Shown here: positions 13,701-25,654 of the stretch, piece by piece
How positions within the stretch are numbered: position 1 is the first letter of the stretch
Layout: each line of letters starts with the position of its first letter
Assembly: GCA_012295275.1 (NCBI GenBank)
Contig: CM022672.1
Coordinates: forward strand, 12,338,001 to 12,402,000
DNA from: Chrysomallon squamiferum
Taxonomy: Eukaryota; Animalia; Mollusca
DNA length: 64,000 bases
Reading direction: 5' to 3'
Translations under genes and position numbers: made by a program
Notes under the pieces: model-generated
Databases searched by the model: none
What the model was told of the DNA's origin: nothing
What the model saw: only the letters and a program-made list of their open reading frames with translations

Positions 13701-15704
13701 TCCTGTGATAAATCAGAGACCAAAACCACGTAAACCTGACTTCCTCAAGGATTCATTGAAGAGAATGGGTCTACATTCCTCTGTACAGGATGCGTGAGTA
13801 ATTTTGTAGTTTGTCTTTTGTTATTTAAAATATTTCACTTAGTGCAACCTTGATTCCTAATTTGAAAAAGAAAATTAGCAAAAAAATATGAAATATTTAA
13901 GAATTTTCTCCTTTTTTTTTGTTTTTAAAATTGTCATTTATTAATTTGTATTTAAAATTGTTTCGTTATTTTCTGTTTAAAAATTAATTATTTTATTTTA
14001 TTTTGATACTAGCCATTTTCTTTTATCAGATTTTATATATTATTTTTAATCTGTTGAAGTGCTTATATAATTTAGGCTGGAATCAAACAGAGGACTAGGT
14101 AATACCTCTGATGAGAGAGATACACAAAAAGCAAGACACAACATTGTTCATCCTGAGGGTTCAGAACTTCACAGTTTAAATACATTGTGTGAGAATCTTC
14201 CCAGAGAGCAGAATGACATTCAGTCTCACAGACTGCCTAACCATACTACAGATGTAGTGAGGGACAAGGTGAATAAAGACATTTCTACGCATAATGACAT
14301 CCTATTTGTACCTTCAGTATCTCAGGACAATCAATTGAATCTTTCCCAGAATGCAGTGCCAGATCATTCCAAACACATGATGAGAAATGAATCACAGGAT
14401 GCACTTCTGGAACATTCCAAGCAAATGACATTAGATCATTCCCCACATGGAATAAATAATCATCCCCAGCATGCTTTAAGAGGGAATTCCCAGCAAGAAC
14501 CAAATGGTGATTTTTACAGTTCTGATGGAAATCTTATTCAGCAGAAGAGACAAAAAGAATTTCAGCTGGAAGGTTGCCAGTGTGCAAATTTAGCTATGAA
14601 TGATGTTAAATATTCAGAAAGCAAAAACTCTGGTTTGAAATTACTAACGCCTAGGGATTTTGAGAACGTTCCAGAACACGTCTTCCATTCAACACAGCCA
14701 AAACAGTTTTCTTCTAAGCCAGGGAAAACATCATCAGCGGTTTCTAATAGTTCTGATATTGTTAGGAAAACAGCATATGACAAAATGTCTGGTTCTAACA
14801 CAGCTAAAAGAAGTCTTACTCCTGCTGAGGAGCTGATACAGATAAGAGATACACTGGGCAAGTTTCATAAAGAAAAGAAACGACTGAGGTAATTTATGTA
14901 TTAAGGAAACAATTTAAAATTATTTGTGAAACATTTCAGAATAAAAATACAGAATTTAAAAGAAATAAAATAATTAGAATAATAGGAGAAACTCTTAACA
15001 AGACAGAAAACAATAACTTTATAAATGATTATGACTTTTTTTACTTTACAAGAAATATCTTAATAGAAAATATTGTATTCTTTGTTTCTTTTTGCACAGC
15101 TGCTAGAACTGTTCTCTATTCAAATATTTGTCATCATTTTGCTATAGTTGCTAAGCAATTAATTTGATACTGCATTGAGGGATATCATTTTATATAAAAT
15201 GATAAACATGTAATTTTTATTTCAATTTTTGAAAATTTAAATAAAAGTATTAAACTTTAAATTACAGACTTCTACAAAAACAAGATCGAATGCTTGCCAA
15301 CTGGCTGCATGATCAACAAGATGAAGAGAACGAGGATGTCGTTGCAGCAAGAGAAGAACTTAATTCAGTGAGATATAAATTATAAATTAGCCACCATTAA
15401 TTTTACTTTTCAAAGTTCAAAACTGAATGGCATAATATAGAAATATGCTTATGTTTAGAAAACATTAGAAAACTCTTAAAACAATTACCATACCCATTTA
15501 TCCATCACTGTAATATATATTTATTATAGTAATTCTAAATTTATTTTATACAAGACCATTATAATCTTAATTTACTGTATTGTTTTTCAGCTGAAGAAAG
15601 AGATTGAGTTGCTGAAGAAATCTGTCAATGCTCAACAATCATCTTGTGCACAGCTGGTAGAGAAATCTAAACAACTGATGCAAAATCTTGGGGCTAGAAG
15701 TTAA
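1730..15704 (+). CDS. SFI1: SFI1 centrin-binding protein (27 exons)
   Basis: Frame-consistent GT-AG exons: 1730-1959, 2145-2315, 2515-2586, 2950-3060, 3584-3678, 3945-4062, 4679-4781, 5112-5268, 5729-5890, 6437-6600, 7008-7105, 7430-7496, 7870-8000, 8341-8422, 9045-9137, 9581-9666, 9991-10066, 10413-10585, 11072-11174, 11360-11456, 11981-12141, 12570-12719, 12930-13106, 13402-13793, 14076-14888, 15268-15367, 15591-15704 (TAA). Diagnostic peptides [25 protein letters not shown]...FGRICPS, EWRLLVRADCHY, MADEHHRHNQL, ALWHW, plus many A-x7-L-x3-(F/L)-x2-W[K/R] Sfi1 repeats. Exon 1 and the start codon are less certain than the rest. Confidence 0.95.
5891..6436 (+). other. U12-type (minor spliceosome) GT-AG intron in SFI1 (intron 9)
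   Basis: Donor GTATCCTTTT fits the U12 consensus RTATCCTT. The 3' end lacks a polypyrimidine tract and has a branch-like TTTTCCTATGC (about 6419-6429) just before CAAG. Splicing gives in-frame WKFY|VRLKK, matching the WKHY-type Sfi1 repeat. Confidence 0.85.
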
Positions 15705-16794
15705 CAACTGTTATTCAAAAAACATGCTTTTGTTAAAATCAAGATTCTTATCCAGATGTTTTCATTGGATCTGTATCAAATAGAGAAACAGCATTTCAGA
15801 AAAAGAAATTTTGCTGTCATAATGATGAAAACATTAATTTTCACAAATTAGGGAGTGGTATATAGAACACTCTTTCCCTGGCTCCACATACAGCTATGCA
15901 AATGCTTTTCTGTTTTTTCTTTTTTTTTCAAAATTCTAACTCAATATTTGACACTGTAAAACCAGCATTAAGACACAATAGACACCAAGAATTAAATTTC
16001 TTATTTAGTTAGTTAGATGTTAGTGCATCTTGATTTAACATTTCTTGTATTACTGTTTGTTGAAATAAATATTATTCACAGGAATGTTTTGCTAGTGGGG
16101 ATCTACCAAATAGAATTATTTTCACAAATGATTCTAAAATGAATGTGTATATAATTTAGTTGTTTACAGAGATCCTTGTTGGTCCTTGTATATGAACGTG
16201 ATTTATTTATAGCAATCTTTTCTCCAATCAAATTTAAATTGAATAAAATTATTTAGAAGAATACTCCTCTTGGAATGTGTGTCATCTTTATGACATACAG
16301 TTGTACATATTATTGTAATAGTGTACTTTCTGTTAATTTTTATTTCTAAGAATGACTTCACCTTGGCTTATACTAAATGTTTGTATTAGAGTTGCTTATT
16401 CAAATAATGTATAAATAATTACATCTTACTTTAACTTTTATTTTTTTTATTTTAATTTTTTTTTAATTTTGAAATTATGGGTAAGAAGAAGTGACAGGCC
16501 AGTATAATCCTATTAGTTAAAAAAAAAAAATTAAAGTTAATTTAAATAAATCTATCTTTAAAATTGAAATTCTGATATATCTCTCTTTAAGAGTGAATAT
16601 AAACGTACCAATCTCTGAATAGTTTAGTTATCAATTTTGAACTAAACTCATCAGACTTAATACTTATTTTGATATGTTGATACAAATTAATTCTAAAAAA
16701 GGAGTAAAGAACATCACTGTGTGTGTACGTGTATGTATATATATATATACACACATATATACACACAAGGGTATCTATAACTAGGTCTCATTGT

Positions 16795-16851
16795 CTATCT
16801 ATCTATCTCTCTATCTATCTATCTCTATCTATCTGTCTATCTCTCTATCTA
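16795..16851. repeat. (TATC)n imperfect tetranucleotide repeat
   Basis: tctatctatctatctctctatc... tract downstream of SFI1. Confidence 0.8.
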
Positions 16852-17394
16852 TGTCTGTACATTAAATAAGTTTTTGTTAGAATAACCTCTGTGCTTATTT
16901 GTACAAATATGGTTAGTGGTAACAGAAAATAACATTTAAAAACAATTTAGTTTTCTCAAAGTTAACACACCTAGTGCCTTTTCTATACAGTTTGAAAACT
17001 CAGGAAATATTTTATGATGAAATAACTGTGATACTTCCATTTTATACACTGCAAATATGAAAATAAGTATTATTGTTTATATTAAATAACTAAAATATTT
17101 TTCAATTATTTTGGAAATAAATTTTACTTTCTAACAAGCAGAATCTTTGTTATTTTTGTCATATTAATATTTAATAAATTGTTAGATTGTCTAAGTAGCT
17201 TTATCGATGTTTATCACTTTTATAATGATTTATACAAGATTAAGAAATAAAGGTGTTCAACATGACTCATTTAAGAGTAACGACATAAAGACGGGAAATT
17301 TTACCGTTTTAACCATAAACGTCAGCTAATGAATATTTACATCATACATCCTGGAAGTGCCAATTCTTGAATGCAAAAGCAACAAGAATTGTTA

Positions 17395-17620
17395 AAGGTT
17401 TTATTTAATTATTCACTCAACATATTTAGTAATATATAGTTTTATCTTTGATATGAAACTTACAGTTAAGGATCACATAGAGAAGGGATACTCGCTTAGC
17501 TGGAACTTTTTAAGGGAACTTGCTTGAAGGTAAAATACCCTCAAAAAGCACAAAGGAGAATTGACACTGTAATCATTTGTTCCTCAGGACAGTGTTAAAC
17601 TCTAGAGCTACACGTTTCCC
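17395..17620. mobile_element. Degenerate interspersed repeat (SINE-like), copy 1
   Basis: Shares GTTTTATTTAA..TCACTCAACATATTT and CAGTTAAGGATCACATAGA with copies at about 22790, 27690 and 33465. Confidence 0.55.
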
Positions 17621-20048
17621 TGTCAAAAATGTATATACGGTTGTGTGTATCTATTTTACGATTCCTTTGCCTGTGTGCGTGCATGCGTGCGTGTGTGTGA
17701 GAGAGAGAGAGAGAATTTTCATGAGACTTTTTAACTTCAAAATATCCAACATAATAATACAAAAATAAATAAAAACTAATAACAAAAAAGTTAACATATT
17801 TTATTAATCTAAATTGTGCGCACCAATACGTAGCTATTGTGCATTTCTGTTAATATAAAACCAAATATACTACTGTGGAAATGTAGAAATATATATATTA
17901 ATTACATAACAGAGCACAGAGCATAGAGCACTATTAGAAATGTGAGAAACCTATTTGTGAACGAACTAAAATTTATATTCAGATTGTAAACATAATTCTA
18001 AATATTTCAGACAAAATGGATTGTCTTTTGAACAGATAAAACAAATTTGGTTTATTAAACAAAAACACAAAAAAAAAAAACAACACATTTGGTTAAATTT
18101 TCTAAGGGAATGATTGTGAAGCTGTAAAAAAATTATGTGAAACATCATTATAAAAATAGTTTTATTTATTTTCAATTTCAGCATGATTATTATAATATTG
18201 TCACGTTTTATCTTCCTCCATTTTAGTCAGCAGGTCTGAACCTGAAATTCCAAAACTAATTGCTTAATGAAAGTGAGAAGAGATGAAATTTTGGTCCATT
18301 AACAGTGTACTGAGATCCTGACAGATGAGAATAAAAAACATTTACAAATACAAACAAATTATTCCACTTTGTTATTATATTCCTTTATTTTTTTAATATT
18401 TAACATTTCAGATTGTTTCAGGAATTCAGAATTACTGGCAACTTATCTGGGAATATACTTTAAAAAAAAAACTAGCATAATGTACTCATGTCTATTCTTT
18501 TTATCATTTCTAGTGATTAAAATGTCTGGTATTCAGAACATTCTGTCATACTGCAAAACTATTAACATGATTATACTTAAAAGTGACTAACAAATGCCGA
18601 TTATTTCATTCGTTTTTAACATGAAACAGTTCTAGATCTGTATTTTCAGTACAACTTTGCTAAGTTCTCGTTAAAATTCAAATGATAAACTCTTATAAAA
18701 TTTCATGTTAGAAGCGTTTATTTACATTAAAATGATAAGCTGTTATGATATTTCAAATTATAACCTTTGGCACAAAAAAAATTCAAAAATATTATGGATA
18801 CCCTGTGATAACCTGACACCCGTAACCTAGGAGTATAAAACAGAACCAAATTTTATGTAACTAATTTTTCATGAAAAACTTTTTATTATTTACACAGGAT
18901 CATTTGTTTCAGTTCTGTCTGTTTTATTTACCTCTGCTGATCAAAATACAAGAAATACAGGATTAGTCTGATTTCATGAATTTAGAAATAAAAAAAAAAA
19001 AATAAAGAGAACAAATACTTTACAAAAAATTAAGATTCCTATTAAAGAAATAGTAAAATTAATTATACAGTAAAACATGAAATAAAAAATCAGTCAGATT
19101 TCAATAATTTCTCAAAGAAATACTTTATATTTACTTACACATTTGGAAGTAAAAAAAATTTAAAAAATTTCCCTTGCAGAAATGTTTGTTGAAAAAAAAA
19201 AAAAAAATGCCACTGTGAAACCATACAAACTAAAAGATGTATGATAATGTAAAAACTAAACTGAATTTAAAAAAAAAATAAAGATGTAAAATGTCTTCCA
19301 AAATATTACAAATATAATATCAATTTTACAAATGTGAATTCATTTAACACACATTTTTTTTAATTCTCTGAAAACATGTTAGTAATTTATTTTCTTCACA
19401 TATGGACGGTATGTAGTGTTAAATTTTACAAATTCATTTTTGCATATAAAAATAAACTGAATATTTTCATCACTTTAAACAACAGAACATGAAGTATAAT
19501 GAAACTATGCATCTGTAATAAAATATGCTGCACTGTAAAATTACCAAAATTATATTTATGTACATTTCGTTGATGGCAAAACTTTATTTCCATTGCATAT
19601 GAAATATCATTTGGTAAATTTAGTATGTTTAAAAGTAACAAAATAACTGGCAGTATCACAGCTGATGGAATTCTGAACTTTTAACCATTTCAAGGATTTG
19701 CTGCTTACAAAAAACCCAACAAAAAAACGCAATTTATATTTTGCTTTTGTGAATTGTTAATGTTAATAACTGATTATAATAAAGTAAGAACACAATGTTT
19801 ATACATTTAACAAACAACATCCTTTAACTGCCTTAGTTAATGTTTCATCAAAACAACTCAACAATTTCAAATCCCCAAAACCAACAACAAACAATTTCAT
19901 AACCCAAAGCCAGATATTAACTAATTTAAAGAAAAACAACTGATTTACATACAAAAAAAAAAAAAATCTCAGATTTCTACTCTCTGGTTAAATAGTTTTT
20001 CAATAAAAGTCTGATATAACACTTTATATACGTCAGTTATCTGTGTAG

Positions 20049-21065
20049 TTAAAGTCCCTTGTTGTAATATACCACGTCTTCAGATGTTGACTCTTGAATT
20101 TCCTTCTCTAGTTTCTTTGTTTCAATCTGCATAAGAAAAACAAAATAATTTGCTGAATATAAATTACAGTCTACACATTTTGAAACTGTGGCGGTTTACC
20201 TGAATTTTTTATAATTATTTAAATTTTAAATTTCTTTTTTCATTGACTGTTTTAAGGATTATGCTATTATTATTTTTAAAAAAACCTACACAAAAAAAAA
20301 AAAACAAACAAACAAACAAAACCCCACCCCCAGGAAACAAACAAACAAACAAAAATACCTCAGAGATCTGTGGAAACAGCGCTATGGCAACAGGCAAGGC
20401 AAGGCCAAAAGACAGAGTGACCGTTATTGCATTAAGTGGCAAATGAAACTTTGGATTCTTCTTCAGAAAACGAGTCCTGAAAAAAAAAAAAAAAAAAAAA
20501 CATGTCAGCCTCCATTAGTTAAATCATCAGTACAGAACACGTAGATATTTCATAAAAAAAAAAAACCGACACTAAAATGTATGAGCTACTGTCACTATTG
20601 TGTAAAAGTGTACAAAACTAGCCAGTGTAATGTAGATGATATATTCAGTAATAAACCTTTCCAACTTGTGACTGGTCTAGATCTCTTAAAAACTTTCTGA
20701 TAACTATTTCTGAATTTTCAAACACAAAAAAAAAAATTTTACTTTGGAAAACCAACACATTAAGTTAGAAAAATATATGTTTAAAATAAAAAAGGATGTA
20801 AAGTAATTTTCTCTAACACAGTTCATTTAAGTAAATTTTGCCAATACAGTTTCTATATTGGCTGCATCATAAATATAATTTCTACAATGCTAACAATTTT
20901 TGCAAGCAATATTATATTTTAGATGTATTTCTCTTGTCTGCTTTTACAAATGTGACTCTAAGATAAATAGTTTGACATATTGATCAAACAAATGTATGTG
21001 AATGTTAAATAGAGTGAAACAGAGAAACAGACCAACACAGAAATAAGGAGAGAAAGACAGACAAA

Positions 21066-21152
<87 letters not shown>

Positions 21153-21494
21153 TTTAAATGTCACTTACTTTTCAAGCATTGTCATGATCACTGGAGGGAT
21201 GAGGAGGATGGGGGCTGGCAGGAACATTCGAGTGACTGCTGTGTCTTTTAGAGCCTACAAACAGAACAACTGAATTTAAAAAACAAATAAAAACTACAAG
21301 AATAACAAAAACAACAAGAAACAAGAAGTGAAATAGTAATTGAAATAAAATGAAACAAAATTGAAATAACTTCTTTCAAATTTAATTATACATTCTTTAG
21401 ATTTCTAGGAAATAACATTTCAGTAACAAATGTAAATCCACTGGTCTACAAATTTTCAAGATGGTGGCATCCAAAGAGTGACTTCATTTGTTTT

Positions 21495-21537
<43 letters not shown>

Positions 21538-23850
21538 TGCATGCATGCATATGTGTGTCAGGGCCAAGTAAAACTGAAATAAAAATGATCAGTTGGACAT
21601 GAAACAACCTTTACAGTAAGCCTGATTCTGCACACAGCTTACAAACATTTTAACTAACATTTACATAACAATAAATTTAATACACATTTTTTGTTATTAT
21701 AAAGCTTACCTTCAAATTTGTGCAATAATTAGAAATTTAAAAAAAATTAAAATGTCATTATTTAAAATGAATTATGCTGTAATAATTAGAAAAATTACTT
21801 TATCAAGTATATATCATAGTGTAATTATTAAATAAACAAATAAAAATAATGAAGAATTTTTAGATCAACAGATAAGCTGAGTTTTGGAAATGTTGTTATC
21901 TTTCTCAGAAAGAATGTTTCCATTACTGACAATAACAGATTCTTTTATGTTAATTTTTTTTTTTTTTTTTTTTAAACAATATTTTACAAATCCCATTTTC
22001 TGACAATGAAAGTCCAATGTTTTTTTTGAAAATAAACAAAATGTTAAACTGTATTTAATTGTTATTTAACATTTATTTTTATAAATAATGGTGTATCTTA
22101 GATGACAGATCTCACAGACAAAATTAATATTACACTTTGGAAAAGCCAAAAGACATGTAATATCTAATCTAACAAACAAGCAGAGAAAAACTGATCCACA
22201 ACAATCAAATCCATTTCACAACTTCATAACTTTTTAACTAGTAAAAATCAAAACAAATCAATAACATGCACCACAAAAAAAAAGAAAAAAAAAAGAAAAA
22301 GACACAAAAACCCAGATACTCTCCCAAAAATAACTATATGCGAAGCATCTACACATTTATAGCATCAAATTAAAATAACAAGTTATTTCTAACAATATCC
22401 CAAGCTGACGGTCATAACAAGTCATGCATGGACTCACTTCTCTAACAAAGTCAAAGTGACTCGAAAGTTCTACAAGTATAAAACTGGCACTGGAAGAACA
22501 GCCTGGCTTATTGCAGTCTCAAACATGGTCTGAAAGTCAATGCCAAGTTGCCATAGTAACAAGCATATTCACAAAATTTATTAATTGTAAAAAAAAAAAA
22601 TATATATTCGTAATAAATAAATAAGTTGGATAAGGTTGGTTAAAAAAAAATAACAATAATAATAATCAAAAAACAATTATTCAAGGTATTCAATTTTTAA
22701 GATCAAAAGAACATGTTGATAATGTTAGTTGAAATCAAAAGAACATGATGATAATGGTAGTTGAAATCAAAAGATGAAGTACAATACAGTTTATTTAAAA
22801 AACGAAATGATTACATTTTTACTCTGTAACTACATGTCATCATGGATTGTAGTTAAGGATCATAGAGAAAACAAGAGTTGAAGTCCATTACAAAAAGGCT
22901 ATTCCATTTTAATTAGCAGAAAGTTATCTTTTACAAGCACCTTCCTGTAGGCTGGAATCAATTATGGCTTCAATTACAAGCCAAGGGAGACACTGGCTGT
23001 AGCTGAACCTGTAACCAATCATGTCTAAAAGCCAGTAATTTAACTCAGTATCTAGCAAATTCCAAATTAGAAATAATATTTATATCTCACAGCTATGCCA
23101 GAATTTGATCTTAATGGTTGTCAATGATAACAGAAAATCCTGAAGGACAAGTCAAACTCCTATTCCAGGTCATCTGTCTAGTTACAGGAAAAATATTTTA
23201 AAATGTTTAATACTAGTTTTACATGACTGTTGCTAAATGACTGTATTTTAGTTTTTTTCAGAAAGTGATTCTTGCCCAAAGAGAACGTCAAAATTTGCCT
23301 GCAGCAAACAGGATAAACAATGAAAAACATAACAGTTATAGAAACAAGGGCAAAGTAAACTATGAAAAAAACAAACAGAAAATTTCAGAATATTTGTTAA
23401 GAAATAAAATCCAAGAATTCCATGCTTTTTTTTTTTTTCCTTTTTAAAAACAACTGGTTAGTTTTATCAAAACCAAAAACATGGCCAACAGTATAAGCTT
23501 AATTCAATTTTCCATAGGTTATGAAGCCAGAGGGGAAAAAAGAATATGCTAGTTTTAAGAATCAAAACAGTTCATCTTTATTTTTAATCCAATTAAAAAA
23601 ATAAAAAAATCTTTAAAAGTTTGAAACAAAATATAACCAGCCCAACTAATTTTACCTGCTTAGCAGCAACTTTAGATGTCCCAACAACTTTATTACTTCT
23701 GTCAAAAACTTCTATCCCTTCAGAAAGTTCAAAATTTCTCATCAACAAAACATTGCATGTGCTGGCAGTGGCTGTAGGTCAAATAAAAAAAAAAAAAAAA
23801 TTAGAAATCTTCTTAAACTAAGTACTCAAAGATCTATTAGTTCTTAATAG

Positions 23851-23908
<58 letters not shown>

Positions 23909-25219
23909 TGTCTGTCTAAAATTATTATTTTTTTTTTAGTTTTTTATTATGGAGAAGGATGTTTATTTTATATATATAAAAAAAAAAATTATGAATTACA
24001 GAAATAAAAATACTTTACAAAATGTTTATACTTTCTTATACTAATCTTCAAGTTATAATTTCATGTAATTTCATTCATTTAAAAATGTAATATTTTATTC
24101 AAGGTAGATGATGGTAACATTAAAAACAAAAAATATCATGATAAGGAATAATATATATTATTACAATTATAAAGAAACATAAAAAAAATGTTGTTCTTAA
24201 ATATATTTTTTCATTAAGACTGAGAAACAGCATTGAAATATCAAATTTTCACAGTGGAGAGATACTGGTTTTTGACATCTCAACAGATATAATGACTTAC
24301 CAACGTGTGAACTAACATCTGTATAGACCTACTGACACCTGTACAGATTTATGAACAGTTGTACAGACTTACTATTAACAGCAGTACAAACTTACCGACA
24401 GCAGGAAAAGGCACAAATTTCTGAATGAGCATTTTTGTCGCTGGACTGAACTTATTGGCTCTCTTCACCAAAATACTGAGACCAACCTACAAGTGAAATA
24501 CAATAATATCTTTAATAGTTTAATTCACTAGTTACTACTTTAACAACAACAACAACAACAACAACAACAATAATAAAACTAAAACTAAAACTAAAACTAA
24601 AACTAATAATAATAATAACAACAATAACAATAATAATAAAATTAAAATAATAATATTAACAACAATGCTAAACAAATAATAACAATAACCATAATAATAA
24701 AACATAATGCTACAATACACCTGTTTTAATACTGATATTCTGGAAGATAACCAACATAAACATCATAAACACAATTACTGTTTTTGCTTTCTTTTTAGAC
24801 GACTGCTTTTTATTAGCATTTTACTACTGTTATGTAAGTAAATATATAAAAATGAAAAAAAAAAGAATCGATATTTGAAAACATCTGAAACTGAGTACTA
24901 AACGTAAGAAAGGACATAACTATCACAGTAAGCTAACTCACAGCTATAGTTACAGCACTGGTGACAGCTCCAAAGTAGCCAAGTAAAAACCTGCTGACTG
25001 GTGTTTCCTATAAAAACAAGACAAACATCAGTCTAATTTTTACTATATTTCATACAGTGAATATTTTTTACTTTAGCCAAAATTCATACATTTGACTGTT
25101 CTTTGTAGGCAGAAACATGAATGACTTATTTCAAAGGCTTAAAGATAAGAAATTATATAATATAATGTTTCTGTGTATGTGCGTGCATGTGTCTTGTGTA
25201 TGTACCTGTTTGTATACAC

Positions 25220-25278
<59 letters not shown>

Positions 25279-25614
25279 GGTACATACACAAGACACATAT
25301 ATATACATGTGCATTTATTCATGTTTATGTCTATGCATATGTGTATGTGTATATGTATGTCTATGTATGTATCTTTGTATTATATATGTGTGTGTGTATG
25401 TATAAATGTAGGTGCATCTATGTATATATGTGTGTGTGTGTGTATATATATACATATATATACGAATGAAAAAGATGTGTATATACATATACATGTTTAC
25501 TGTATGTATGTATGTATATAAAAGCTATGAATGTATGTATGTAGATATATATGTATGTATGTAGATATATATGTATATATGTGTATAAAAGATATGTATG
25601 TATGTATATAAAAG

Positions 25615-25654
<40 letters not shown>

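Noticed and set aside
14285-14861. Antisense ORFs over SFI1 exon 25 (also 41288-41895 and 46494-46791 over the STAND gene)
   Set aside because: Shadow ORFs of real plus-strand exons, with no motifs or splice support.
22702-22774. 32-bp repeats as a CRISPR-like array
   Set aside because: Head-to-tail tandem copies with no spacers, inside a eukaryotic intron.
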